Source: Felis catus
Lineage: Eukaryota
Reading direction: 5' to 3'
DNA: 64,000 nt
Assembly (NCBI RefSeq): GCF_018350175.1
Contig: NC_058368.1
Span: 26,476,001 to 26,540,000 of the forward strand
Positions 50,521-63,304 of this stretch are shown here, piece after piece. The notes beneath the pieces are model-generated. The model saw only the letters and a program-made list of their open reading frames with translations. It made no database searches and was not told the DNA's origin. Positions within the stretch are counted from its first letter, which is position 1. Every line of letters starts with the position of its first letter. A program made the translations under genes and the position numbers.

Positions 50521-52229
50521 CACACCATGTGTCTTTCCTGAAAATGGGTTCACGCTAGGACCAAAGCTTCCTATTAGGCCACGGACACTGCACAATGGGC
50601 AGCCTGAATAACCACAGTGGTGTGTGGTCATGGAGAACGGTGGGCTTTTCCAAAGCTAGGTGCTGTCTGAGGAGATGGCACAGTGGGAGAGCAAGGCCAC
50701 ACGGGGGTGTGAGGCATAATGGTCAGCACGACGCATCAGGCTCTACCCTGCCAACAGTTTCCTCGCACCGGTTGTTAATCTGGTCAGTCTCATTGTGCTG
50801 TTACAGTATCCAGCTTCCTGTGCGTGGAGCAGCTCTCAGAGAGGCAGGGATTGGAAATCTCGCGCCTCCAACAAACAACAAACCCTGAGCGGTTAGATTA
50901 TTTTCCGGATGGGAACCATCGAGAGAGTGAAAAGATCAATATCAGAACCCAGTAGCACGAAATCACTTTGATATTTTCCCTGGGCACAGCTTTTTTAATG
51001 GCAATATGGAAGAGCAGTGTTTTATGGAGGAAAATGGCCATCTTTCCTTTGGCTTCTGAAAAGCCTCCTCGGTCACTTTGAAGGAGTCCGACCCACGGAC
51101 ATGGGCTGTAGCATGGAAACTTGAGTTGCCCACGGAGCTCTGGAGCTCAAGCACCTTTTGGTCGGAGATCCCAGAAAACAAAGGGAGAGAAAAGTTCTGA
51201 ATGGAAAACTGAATCCCTGGTCTTCTGGCTATCCTAAGTTGAAGTCGTTTCAATTTGAGTTTTGGACGGTGATATGTTTTCCTCTAAGGGGACCATAGAC
51301 CCAAGCATCAGTGCCTACATTAACATACTTTCTATTAAAAGAAGCGGATGAATCACAAAGCATGCTGGGAAGGTGTCTGATAAGGACAGAGCATTTGTTG
51401 TTTTTCAAAAAATGGGATTACGCCGCAGCCCATGAGGTCAGACGGAGGCTGGTGGGATGGTGAATGTGGAGGAGAGAGATTCCTCTGAGGAGAGAGATTC
51501 CTCTGTACTTTCCCTCACTCCTTTGTTGTGTTGTTTTGTCGCCTTTGGATTTTGTTTGTTTGAGTAAAGGAGGAGCACCCACAATAATGGGCCAGGAAGT
51601 GAGTGCAGCTGAGCAGCACAGGCCTGCCTTGAAACGTCTCTGCATTGCATACAATGAGATGCGAACTTTTTACATGCCAGGCGTAAAATCACTTTCTTTA
51701 CTCAGGCCTATCTGAACATTGCTAAGCCCTAGATAATGACAAATTTATCATTTTAAAAGTGAATTCCTGGTGCCTTATGTCACATGATTTCACAGTCACC
51801 ACGACTGGAACTAGGATGAGGGAGATTTTTAGTACTATCCTGATTTTACAAAGGAAACCTGGGCTCAGACAGCCAAATGACTTGTAGTGGGGGAAGGACC
51901 TGACTTCTCATCTTTGGAAACAAATCCTACCACACCATCGGGCTCTTTCCTTAGTGGTTGGGAGTTTGCCCCAAGTTTTCCTTGGGACCCACATTCACAG
52001 TGCATCCGGAAGTTAGTGTCCAGCAGAAATGAGAATGGAACCATGGATGTTCTGGGGCATCAGCTTGCTTCTTCCAAGGAGTCAGAGTCACAGGTAGGTT
52101 CAGAAGGACTTTGAGGATATCGTGGCTTATTAGGAGGAACGGGGGTGGAATATGTCCATATTCTAGAATCATAACCACACTGGCCACTGGAATGGACATC
52201 AGAAGTTTCCCAGGCTAGTTCTCATATAT

Positions 52230-53124
52230 AAGGAAAATGCAACTCTAATTCTGCACCCAAGTCCAACGTGTGGATTTTCCCCCACACCAACCATCTGGGT
52301 GTCCTACAATTCAACTCAGTTCTGACACTATCTACCTAGAAATAGTGTCAAATCCCACAGGTTAAAGAATCAGTCCTACAAAACTGCCCCCTTCTTCAGT
52401 TGCCAATCATAAGTCTAGATTGTTACCTGTGCTTCTGACCAACTGCTATAAGTTGGAGGTTCAAATGACCTCCTTACATTTGATTCATTTGCTAGAGTGG
52501 CTCACAGAACTCAAGAACACTTATTTTGCTTATTAGATTGGTAGTTATTAGATTACTTGTTAGATTGCTAGTTTGTTATAAAGGGATATAATTTAGGAAG
52601 AGCTGGACGGAAGAGATGCACGGGGCAAGCACAGGGAAAGGGCACAGAGCTTCACCCATGCCCTCTCCAGGCACATCGCTCTCCCTGCACTGCCAGGTGT
52701 TCACCAACCCAGAAGCTCTCTGAATCCCATCCTTTAGTTTTTGGGTTTTTTTTTTAAATTTTTAATATTTATTTATTATTAAGAGAGAGAGACAGAGCGC
52801 AAGCGGGGGAGGGGCAGAGAGCGAGGGAGACACAGAATCCGAAGCAGGCTCCAGGCTCTGAGCTGTCAGCACAGAGCCCGACATGGGGCTTGAACCCACA
52901 CACCATGAGATCATGACCTGAGCTGAAATCAGAGGCCAACTGACTGAGCCACCCAGGTGCCCTACTATAAGTATGGCACCTTATAGGTGCCATATAAGTA
53001 TCTGGCATATAAGTATCTAAAAAAGATACTTTTATGACTCCCATCACTTAGGAAATTCCAAGAGTGTTTAGGAATGGGACAAAAAGCAAATAATTTATTT
53101 CATATTAGAAATCACAATATCACA
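52230..53124 (-). mobile_element. MER21-like ERV LTR interrupted by a SINE
   Basis: ctgggtgtcctacaattcaactcagttctgacactatctacct...atttgctagagtggctcacagaactca...aggaaattccaag...cacaatatcaca. Confidence 0.8.
52746..52962 (-). mobile_element. Can-SINE nested in MER21, no TSD visible
   Basis: SINEC body ending cacccaggtgccc. Confidence 0.93.
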
Positions 53125-53325
53125 GAGACTCAGAGAGGTGAACTGACTAACTTAAAGCCACACAGCCAGGACAGAGCAAGCACTTGAGCTCAGATCTCTC
53201 CCCAGTGCACTTTTCTCTGTTCCTCACTGCCTAACATTTTGGTTCCTTATTGCTGGCTGTAATTTGCGGACCAAAGAAGTGATTGGTCTAGGAGGTGGCT
53301 GAGACCCAAGTTTGAATTCCAACAT

Positions 53326-53782
53326 TTTTTTTTTTTTAATTCAAGCTAGTTAAAATACAGTGTAGTCTTGGCTTCAGGAGTAGAGCCCAGTGATTGATCT
53401 CTTACATATGACACCCAGTGCGCATCCAAAATAATGCCCTCCTTAATGCCCATCACCCATTTAACCCATCCCCCCACCCACCTCCCCTCCAGAAACCCTC
53501 AGTTTGTTCTCTGTATTTAAGAGTCTCTTATGGTTTGCCCCTGTCTCTGTTTTTATCTTATTTTTCTGTCCCTTGACCTATGTTCATCTGTTGTGTTTCT
53601 CAAATCCCACATATGAGTGAAATCATTTGATAATTTGTCTTTCTCTGACTGACTTATTTCACTCAGCATAATACACTCTAGTTCCATTCACGTTGTTGCA
53701 AATGGAAATATTTCATTCTTTTTCATCACTGAGTAGTATTTCACTGTGTATATACCACATCTTCTTTATCAATTTGTCAGTT
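53326..53782 (-). mobile_element. Carnivore L1 3' end
   Basis: Poly-T then aattcaagctagttaaaatacagtgtag...gccctccttaatgcccatcaccca...cacatatgagtgaaatcat. Confidence 0.88.
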
Positions 53783-54158
53783 GTAAGGTGGCTGATACCT
53801 GAGAGTGGCATATTTAAGGCAGCAAGAAGAATGAATGGCAAGGTTTGTGCTCACCAAGATGATGCCTTTTTCTTGGAAAAAATTTATTCTGGTAGCAGTA
53901 TCCAGGAGTCCACTGCTTGCATTCTATGGGCAAAATGGGGTGATCTGGCTCTGTCTAGCTGCGAGAGACAGAACATTAAGCTGTGGCCTCTGTTGTGGGA
54001 GGTAGGGAAGAAGAAGGGGATGGGACATGGTTTATGGGGGTCAGTCAACAGTGAGGTCACACCCTGAACTTCAGGGAACAGAAAGATGGCACGCAGTCTA
54101 TGACTCAGCCTCATGTGTAACCCAGGGAAGCAGTTTTCCTTCTTAAGAACCAGGTAAA

Positions 54159-54375
54159 GGGCGCCCAGGAGGGTCAGTCGGTTAAGCGTCTGACTCTTGA
54201 TTTCGGCTCAGGTCATGATCTCAACGGTTTGGGAGTTTGAGCCCCACATCAGGCTCTGTGCCTACAGCACAGAGCCTGCTTGGGATTCTCTCTCTCCCTC
54301 TGTCTCTGCTCCTCTACTGCTTGTGTTCTCTCTCTCTCTCTCTCTCCCTTTCAAAATAAATGAATTAAAAAAAAA
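54159..54375 (+). mobile_element. Can-SINE (older subfamily)
   Basis: TSD aagaacca(g/a)gtaaa. Confidence 0.92.
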
Positions 54376-54462
54376 AAGAACCAAGTAAAATTGGTTCAGG
54401 TCTCCATTTCTTGGCAGTCCCAAGGTTGTTTCCAGGATGTCTGCATATAAGAAGGAGGTTTA

Positions 54463-54689
54463 GGGGCGCCTGGGTGGCACAGTCGGTTAAGCGTCCGACT
54501 TCAGCCAGGTCACGATCTCGTGGTCCGTGAGTTCGAGCCCCGCGTCGGGCTCTGGGCTGATGGCTCAGAGCCTGGAGCCTGTTTCCGATTCTGTGTCTCC
54601 CTCTCTCTCTGCCCCTCCCCCGTTCATGCTCTGTCTCTCTCTGTCCCAAAAATAAATAAAAACGTTGAAAAAAAAATTTTTTTTTTAAA
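54463..54689 (+). mobile_element. Young feline Can-SINE
   Basis: TSD aagaaggaggttta. Confidence 0.96.
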
Positions 54690-55349
54690 AAGAAGGAGGT
54701 TTATGGGCTCCTGGTCCCCTCGAGCATACGGCTTTGTTTGAGCTGTCTCTGTTCACTTGAAGACCCACTGCCTGGTGGGTGCTATTCCCGCTTTCCCCAA
54801 GTGAGCTAGGACACAGACCTCAGAGGCTTTCTTCTCTTTCCACACAGCTCCCCAGGCTCCAGGTATGTGGATTTTACTAAGAAGTGCTTTTAGGGCTGGG
54901 TCCACTGACATCAGAGCCAAGGCAAAGCCCATGGAAGAAAACAAACTGGTTGCACCATTGTTTCTACAATAGTTTAGTCAGAATCAATTCTTTTAACTGT
55001 GTTTTCTCCTTTTAAGCACACTGAGTCTGTTTTCTTAAAGACCTCTCTGTGCCATTGTTTGTGTGATGCTGGGTTCCCAGAGCGGAGGGGGTGTTTAATA
55101 AATTAGCTAAGTAGAAGGGAGGGACAATCGTGAATCAGGAAGCAAACACTCAAATAGCCAAGAGCTTTTACGCAAGTGTGGAATAAGAAGGAAGAACAGC
55201 CTCTTTCGGTTAGCTAGGGTTTAAAAACACATTTTCCTCTGGAGTCTTTCATTTTCTCATGTGAAAAATTTTCTTATCATTTTGGTAGAAGGAACAGGTT
55301 TCAGTAAGAAACTCGGGTCAAGTCCCATTGGGCCAGTGGGATTTTGCTG

Positions 55350-55520
55350 ATAAATAAATGAATAAACATTTATAAATATATATTAAAATATTTATGTTTA
55401 TATTTTATTTATGTTTATATTATTTGTATTTATATTTTATAAGTATATAATATGTAAATATATAAATTCATACAATTTATAAGCATATATGTATAATATA
55501 AACAGATTTATCTACATATC
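55350..55520. repeat. AT-rich low-complexity tract
   Basis: Seen directly. Confidence 0.75.
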
Positions 55521-57289
55521 TGCCTGCAGCTTATGTTATCTGTCCCTCTACCTACCCACTCTCAGACTACATGTGCTGCCTTCCTGAGGTTGCTTTGGAA
55601 AAAGGAGCTCCAGGATCTCAAGCCATAAATAATGGCACTAAAGGCTTTTTTCTTTTCTGCTGAAGAATATGGGTCTGGAATATTCCCCTTGTATCTGCTG
55701 TGGCTCAGTTTCCTCGCGTGAAGAGTGGGACTGTCATTACACAGACCCGGCAGTGCCCTGAAGATTTTCTGACGGGTGATTTTCAGGCAGCTTGTGCAGG
55801 AAGCAGGGGCTGGCCACGGTTTCGGGAAGTCAAGCTGTGATTTTGGAAAGAGAGTCAGAGTAGGCACTGAGAGAATTTCACTGCTGATAGAATCTAGAGA
55901 ATGTCTTTCTGGGACCAGAAAGGAAAGAAGCCTCCGGTTGTCAGTCCACTCTCATCGATGGGCCCGATGACTTAACAAGGTCCGTTGGCTCGTCACTTAA
56001 GGCTCTGATAGATTTCAGCTGCGTTTTTGGGGGGGTGGGGGAGAGAAGGACGAGGGAGGATGACGGGAGGAAATTAAGTACTTTCACCTGGGCTAATGTT
56101 GCCTCCCTCGGAGCCGTAATATGAGATCCCTTCTCAGAGGAATCAGAAGTGGAAGCAATAGTTTAGGTTTGATGGTTCATCATCCTGCAGGTGGGAGCAG
56201 AGGGTGACATAGAAAAGTCACACGGGGCCATGAGGAGAGTGGGAAAAATTCATTCAAGATGTCCATTACCATGTGTGAAAAGTCAAGTTGATTTCTGCCA
56301 AGGCACTTTGTATAATCTTCTAGAAGGGTATGTTGAACACTCTATTCAAACGATGCCCTGAATATTTTCATCAGTGGGTGAGGAGACTGAGATTTGCAGG
56401 AAGTTCCCTAAAATGGAAGAAGAGTCACCCCGCCCCATTCCCATTTTACAGATGAAGAAACTGCACTTAGAGAAGACATTTGTTTACATGGCAGAAAAAG
56501 AGCTGAGAGAACCATTTAAATCAAGTTAAGCCTTGACTGTTCCCATTACTGCCTTCCTGCCTCTGTGGCTGGGGTTGAGGGGAGCACCGAGAGTTAATGG
56601 CATGCCAGGCTGACATCTCATCAGTGATTTATTTCATCAAGTGGCCTAAGCCAAACTGTTACAGCCGAATAGATTTACCTACAGTCTGTCATGTCAGACA
56701 ACTTTCTCCTGTTGTGTTCTGACTGCAGAGAACTATTTACCCTTCTCTAAAGATGGCATTTTCTTTGCTGCTTTTGTGCCCTTGCATATTCACTCTGTCT
56801 AGAATCACCTGCCGCATTTTTCTCTTCTAGGTTAGTCCCTATTCATTCTTTAAGACCTTTCTCCATGGCCACCCCTGCTCCGTGGTGGACCCTCCCAGGA
56901 AACCACTGATGCCTCCAGCATTCTATAATACCTGTGCCATAGCCCAGTCACCCTGGATGTTGTCAATATCTGAAAAGATACCTCAGTCTCTCCCTATCCT
57001 GTGTGTACAGTGGGGACGGTGACCCAGGCTTTTTTATTTCTGCAGACTCACACCTTAACAATGCCTGACACTTAAAATACATCTCACAATTAGTTATTTG
57101 ATCAATCCCACCATTCTTGAAGCTGAAAAAATATCAGTGATGTAACAACTCCCACAGAAACCCATATTAATTCACACTCATTACGCGTAACCTTTTGAGG
57201 GAGTTGCTGGGAACTCACTAAAACAAAGCCCAAGACACGTAAGGAGTACTGAGTCTTCCGGCAATTTACGTTCTGATTCTACTTTTTAC

Positions 57290-57510
57290 TATCAGTACGT
57301 GTCAGGCCCTTTCCACCCACCACCTCATGTAACTTTCACAACTGCACTACCAGGTAGGCGTTAATATCCTTACACTTACTTTACATTTGGGGAAACTGGG
57401 GCAAAGAGAGATTACATGCTTAGCTCAAGGTCACAGAGCTCCCCAAAATGGCAAAGCCAGATTTGGACCTAAGGCTAAAGGTGGTGCTCTGGACCACTGA
57501 GCTCTATGAC
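57290..57510 (-). mobile_element. MIR
   Basis: ggggaaactggggcaaagagag...gctcaaggtcacagag. Confidence 0.65.
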
Positions 57511-57783
57511 CTTTTAACACATCCACGACAGCACAGGTTTAAGTGGCACAACCATGGCAGGGGTGGAGAGCACTAGGATGGCCTGCCTCAGCCTGGGCTG
57601 AACAGTTTTTTTCACCTGCAGGCTTAGAGTAAGAATCCCAAATGGGGTCAGCCCTGGGGGCTTGTGCTGGTGCTAAGTGTTTGGGTAATTTCTCTGGAAA
57701 AGCACCCATGGGCCACCTGGAATCAGGGCATCTGTGGTGTCTACAATCCCTAGTGTCATTAATGAAGACCAGGTATGAAGGGC

Positions 57784-57786
<3 letters not shown>

Positions 57787-57821
<35 letters not shown>
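57787..57821. repeat. (CA)n microsatellite
   Basis: Seen directly. Confidence 0.95.
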
Positions 57822-57823
<2 letters not shown>

Positions 57824-58265
57824 CTCATTCTGCCAAACAATTGTTTACTGAGACCAAACAACAGAGACTCTAGAATCTGTCGCAGTCAGTATCAGGGGAA
57901 AGGTCCAGTTTGGGGCCTGGCAAGAGGCAGCATTGCAGACTCCAAAACAATACCAGTAAGAACAAGCCCTGGGGGGCCCAAAGCTCAGCTCCTGCCCTGT
58001 GTTTGCTCAGAATTCTGAGCAGAAGTTTGGGGTGGGAGGGCAGAGGTTTCCAGCCATTCTACCCCAGCCCTAGGCAATGGTCAGAGCCTGGGATTTGTCT
58101 GGGCTTTGCAACCCCGGAGGGCTTTGCTGCTTGCTGCAGACCCACGAGCTGCCAGGAGGCCCCAGAAAATGCTTGAGAACAAAGAGGCAATAAACACACT
58201 CTGAACCCTTTTCCCAACTGGCGCCATCCCAAACCAAAATGAGAAATGAATTGCTGGGGTAAGCA

Positions 58266-58268
<3 letters not shown>

Positions 58269-58310
<42 letters not shown>
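58269..58310. repeat. (GT)n microsatellite
   Basis: Seen directly. Confidence 0.95.
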
Positions 58311-58313
<3 letters not shown>

Positions 58314-59112
58314 TCTTAAGCTGATGGGAAAGAAAAACTGTTTTAGATGGGAATGGTTAGTTTGGGCCATTTAAAGTTATGGTCACATGAATATGGCCAA
58401 TTTAATTTCTATAATTCGGTCCTCCCAGAAAAGCTGCCGTGATAAGCTGTGAAATTTTAGCACCTCAAATTTTCACAAGTACTAACATTTCTGGGGGAAA
58501 GGTAGTGTTTGCTTAACTTGAGAACGTGTTTTCTGAATAGGGAAGCTCATCATCATCCTTGTCATCATCTCATCCTTTATTAAGCACCGCTTATGACTTA
58601 GGCAATCTTCTGGAAGCTTACAGATACTGTCTATCATTTTCACAACAACACTGCTGGGGTGCCATCCTTGACTCCATTTTTTAAAGGACAAACTGATGTT
58701 GAGATAAACAACTTGTTTAAGATCACACTATTGGTACTTAAACTTACGTCTTTCGGAGTCCAAACTCCATGCTATTTTTGCTATACTTTCTTGTGTGCAA
58801 ATGTTTGTTATTACTAATACAATGTCCGAAGCCACATCAATATTCAGCAGTTGGATTTGGGAATGACAGTTTTCTCAATGCATTGGCTTTTTATAGAGAA
58901 CTTCAGGTGGGTGTGCTGTTGCCCAAGCTGTGGATCCAGGAGGCAGCAATTGGATCCCATTTCTGGTTCTCAAGTACTTTTTCTGTTCTTCTCTTTCATA
59001 CGCTAAATATGATGCCACTTGCCTTTACTGCTATTTTATGAGACTTGAATTCATGTCTCCCAGTTACTCCCACTGTCTTAGCCACTAAGTATCCCACATT
59101 TTGCTAGCTGTT

Positions 59113-59200
59113 TTTCTTTCTTTCTTCCTTCCTTCCTTCCTTCCTTCCTTCCTTCCTTCCTTCCTTCCTTCCTTCCTTCCTTTCTTTCTTTCTTTCTTTT
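59113..59200. repeat. (TTTC)/(TTCC)n microsatellite
   Basis: Seen directly. Confidence 0.95.
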
Positions 59201-59615
59201 TAATAAAGATCATATGTACTTTGCTATTAATTGAGATGAAGCTTTTGGAGGGGTCTAGGTGAGTGGCCTGAGGAGACTGGCCTGGTCAGCTCACCATCTG
59301 GAAAGCTCTTTGAGGCCTTCTTCCCACAAAGCGCTCACTACTAGGGAGTCATCAGCATGTCTAGGAGGTTGGTTGCCCCAGTTTTGTAAAGGAGGGTCAA
59401 CCCCAGAAAAGCATGGAAATGTGACTTGGTTCTTTTGGTAGCACATGTGGGTCTGAACGCAAAAGTCACACTTCATATAAAATAATGGTAGTAAAGTCAA
59501 GCACCTATTGGCATCTGACCTTTTAACAAAACAAAAACAAATAACAATGACCACAAAAAAAAAAACCTTTCAGAACTTTTCTAATATGATCATTTAACTA
59601 AAATAAATTTTAGAG

Positions 59616-59815
59616 GGGGTGCCTGGGTGGCTCAGTTGGTTAAGCATCCAACTTTGGCTCAGGTCACCATGTCATAGTTCATGAGTTTGAGCCCCAAGTC
59701 TGGCTCTGTGCTGACAGCTCAGAGTTTCAAGTCTGCTTTGGATTCTGTGTCTCCCTCTCTCTCTGCCCCTTCCCTGCTTTCTCTCTCTCTCTTTCAGAAA
59801 AATAAACATTAAAAA
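59616..59815 (+). mobile_element. Can-SINE
   Basis: TSD taaaataaatt(t/g)taga. Confidence 0.92.
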
Positions 59816-60257
59816 TAAAATAAATTGTAGATATATCTGTTAAATTGCTGAATGTTTGCCAATGCCCTGTGAGGACAAAGAAAAAGTACAATCGGTGGGA
59901 AGATCTATACTCAAAAATATTTCATATTGATCAGCCCTGTTTTAAACAGATTTATACAATGAAACCAATAATCCTCACAACAATTACAATCTTTTTCAAG
60001 ATAAGGAATCTGGGTGCAGACAGAGAAGGCAAGTAACTGCCCAAACTCACTAGATGGTTCTTTGACTCCACTGTTCATACTTGGTGCATTTATCCATTCA
60101 CTAAATATTTATTGGCTATGATGTCTGGGTGCTATTCTGGACCCTGGAGGTGCAGCAGTGAACAAGCCCAAAGGAGATCCCCGTGTCCCTAGTGCTTGTG
60201 TTTGAATCAGGGGCGACTCCCACACTGCAACTGTCACGTTTAGCATGACATCCATAC

Positions 60258-60401
60258 CTTCTGCAGCTCTGGGCATGAAAAGTCCCACTTCTAAAATGGT
60301 GGTGAAGGCGGCATCTTTGTAGCCAGTGTTTGTTTCAGTAAATAGATCGTACACTGTGAGTTCCAGAGTAACAGTCATTGGGAGTCTTTCTCTTGTTTCA
60401 C
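60258..60401 (-). other. Candidate internal exon, 144 nt, phase 1-1, open: (G)ETRERLPMTVTLELTVYDLFTETNTGYKDAAFTTILEVGLFMPRAAE(G)
   Basis: Minus strand: cctctcacttgtatccctattAG acceptor with CTCAC branch-like motif, AAG|GTATGG donor; only one of three frames open; no recognisable repeat. Confidence 0.25.
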
Positions 60402-60623
60402 CTAATAGGGATACAAGTGAGAGGATATCTGGCAAATATTGGTCCTTTTTTGAGATTTATGAAACTATTGGTCCCTTGTTAATTAAGGCTTTTTGACTAG
60501 TGGAGCAAAAACATGCACGCTTCAGTCAGAAAGAGAGGGACTCAGAAGGAAGGAGGGCCTGAAGCAGAGGCCTCAGCATGGAGGCCTTGGTTCGGTCCTG
60601 TGCACGCTGCCGATTGCTTCTCA

Positions 60624-60983
60624 GGATTTGTGCTGGATTGGTTTGAGCTGCGTTCCGGGAGGGATGAGAACCATGGGGAGACACTCTTTCTGAGCAGCCG
60701 GAAGTCTTTCTCCCTTTGATATTAGCTCCCAGTGCTTCTTGCAATCTTAGCAACAAAGACCACTGAGAGCAGGGACTCTAGCCCTTACCCTTTTCCCAGT
60801 TCTTCAAAGAACCGCCTTATTTAAGCACTTGACAAATGCTGAATGGGTAAATGAAAAGATCACAAGACCAAGGGTCATAATAGCTAGTCTCTGGTCTTAG
60901 TACGTTAGCCCAGGTGCCCTAGGTCTCTGGGCCTCTGTATCCTCATCTGTAAAATGAGAAGGCAAGTCCCCTCAAACTCAGAC
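60624..60983 (-). repeat. Inverted duplication, left arm
   Basis: Reverse complement aligns to 62917-63304; 50/60 identities over 60841-60900 by hand alignment. Confidence 0.9.
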
Positions 60984-61387
60984 AACTGCCGATGGTCTCA
61001 ATTCCAGTTCTTATTTGCAACGACAGATATGAAAAGCCTGTAACTTACATTGTACTTCTGCCTCATAGGGAACCTGATGGAAAAGTCCAAGTGGAGTCAG
61101 CTCTGACTTTTTGTAGAGTGCTGAGGGGCTGAAGCTTCTTGGTCGGGAAAGAGGAGATTTCATTATTGTTATTGTTATAATTACCGAACACTTTGAATTA
61201 TTCTAGGTGTTGTGCTAAGTAAGTGCTTGATGTACATTTTCCCCCATTAATCCTTAAAACAGAATTATGATTTGGCCCTTTTATTTTTCTTATTTTATAA
61301 ACAAGACAACCAAGGCTCAGAAAGGTTAATCAACTCAGGCAAGCTAACTCAGCACAAACTCACAAGTGATAGAGACACACATGTGCA

Positions 61388-61390
<3 letters not shown>

Positions 61391-61424
<34 letters not shown>
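61391..61424. repeat. (GT)n microsatellite
   Basis: Seen directly. Confidence 0.95.
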
Positions 61425-61428
<4 letters not shown>

Positions 61429-61570
61429 GTGTTGGTATCTCAGAGCAAGAGTATCTATTTTTCCTTTTATTTGTCTAACTCTGCAGTGGGGCGGTCTGTC
61501 CAACCCCCAGAAGATACAGACTCCAGCAAAGATCCACAGCTGAAACAGAGCCCCTTCCTGTCAGACCTGC

Positions 61571-61922
61571 TCTCGTAGTCCGTTTGGGCTGCTATGAAAA
61601 ATACCACAGACTGGGTGGCTTTTAAACAACAAACTTTTTCTGGTCACAGTTCTGGAGAATGGAAGTCTGAGTTCAGGGTCCAGCATGGTTAGGTGCTACT
61701 GAAGGCGTTCTTCTGGGTCATAGACTTCTCATTGTATCCTCACATGGTGGAAGGGGCTAGGGAGTGCTGTGGGGTCTCTTTTATAAGAACACTAATCTCA
61801 TTCATGAGTGCTCCCCCTTCATGACTTAAGCACCCCTAAAGGCCCTACCTTTTAATACCAGCATCTTTGGAAGTCAGGATTTCAACATATGAATTTTGGG
61901 GGGACACAGTCAAACCATAGCA
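61571..61922 (-). mobile_element. MLT1A-like solo LTR
   Basis: aaataccacagactgggtggc...cacagttctggag...ttcaacatatgaattttggggg...aaaccatagca; perfect 5-bp TSD cctgc. Confidence 0.9.
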
Positions 61923-62916
61923 CCTGCTTAAGCCAAGCCAAGGTGTGAGAGTAACTAGACACTTTCCACAAAGGCAAGGGAAAAGGAAGTACAAGTCCAA
62001 ATCCTCACTAACTGACTTCTCCTGCACTAAGAGCCTCGGTGATCAGGGGCATCAGTGATCTGTTAAAAAAGAACTGAAAATGATCCCCAGAGGGGAAACT
62101 TGTTAAAACCTCTGAAAGGTTTTGTGATCCTTAATTCCAGTTGCTAAAATGCCTTTTCATAAAAAAGACAATTTCATTCAATTCTTAAGTCTGAAGATTA
62201 TAACCATCTTCAGAGAGGGGCACATATTCAGGCATCCACCAGACCTTGATTTCAAAAGCATTTGTCTTGCTTTCTGTTAACACTAACAAAGCTGCCATTG
62301 ATGAAAACCAAGGGCATTAAAACCCAGAGCACATCCACCACCCAGGGGGAATTAATCAGATGATTGCTTTGAGAAATGGGCCCCCTGTTGGGACACATTG
62401 GCTGGTCTCCTTAGAACATGCCCATGATTTCATTACAAACCACTCATCCCCATCTTGTGTAGAGACTCCTCTTTGGAACTCACACATACAAAATTGCCTC
62501 TGCTGGTGGGACAGCCTTCCTCGGACAATTCATTTGTTGTGCTGTTTCACAGAAGAAACATCATAAGCCAAAGAATGTACATCATAGTCTGGTGGCTAGG
62601 ACACCTTGGTGAAGAGGACCCAATAAACTCATGGGGGATGATAATGCTGTATTTATGTTAAGTGTGGGCACAAGGCTGCCTGCCAGTCCAGTTGCTACTC
62701 ACAATACCTGCATCTGGTGTCATTGGAGAGGGCCTCCTGGCCTACCTACTAATTGAAATTATTATGCACCTTTTACCTGGGTTTTCAATCTATTTTTGTT
62801 TACGACTGTTGCTGGGTGTGCAAAGGAATTGCTGGTGCCTCATATTTGCCCAACCTTTGCTCTGCTGAGCGAGTGCAAGCCAGAGCCAGCCCCTGCAGGC
62901 CTCTGTGTACCTCATG

Positions 62917-63304
62917 GTCTGAGTTTGAGGGGATTTGAGAGCTTGCTTTCTCATTCTACACACAGGGATAAGGAGGCCCAGAGAACTTGAACGCGTGGTC
63001 ATGATCTCAGCTACTTATTATCAGAGTCAAGACCAGAAACTAGCTATCATGACTCTTGGTCTTGGGATCTTTTCACTTATTCAGTCCAACATTTGACAAG
63101 CACTTAGGCCAGTTCTTTGAGGAACTGAGAACAGGGAGAGAAAAGGGGGTCTCTGTCCAGAGGAGCCCATGGTGTTTGTTGCTATGATTGCAAGAAGCCC
63201 TGGGAGCTCACATCAAAGGGCAGGGGACCTCTGGATGCTCAGAGAGTCTCCCCATGGTGCCCACCCTCTACCTAATGCAGCTTAAACCAAATCAGCACAA
63301 ATCC
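62917..63304 (+). repeat. Inverted duplication, right arm
   Basis: Matches the reverse complement of 60624-60983, e.g. gtctgagtttgagggga and tttgttgcta(t/a)gattgcaagaagc. Confidence 0.9.
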
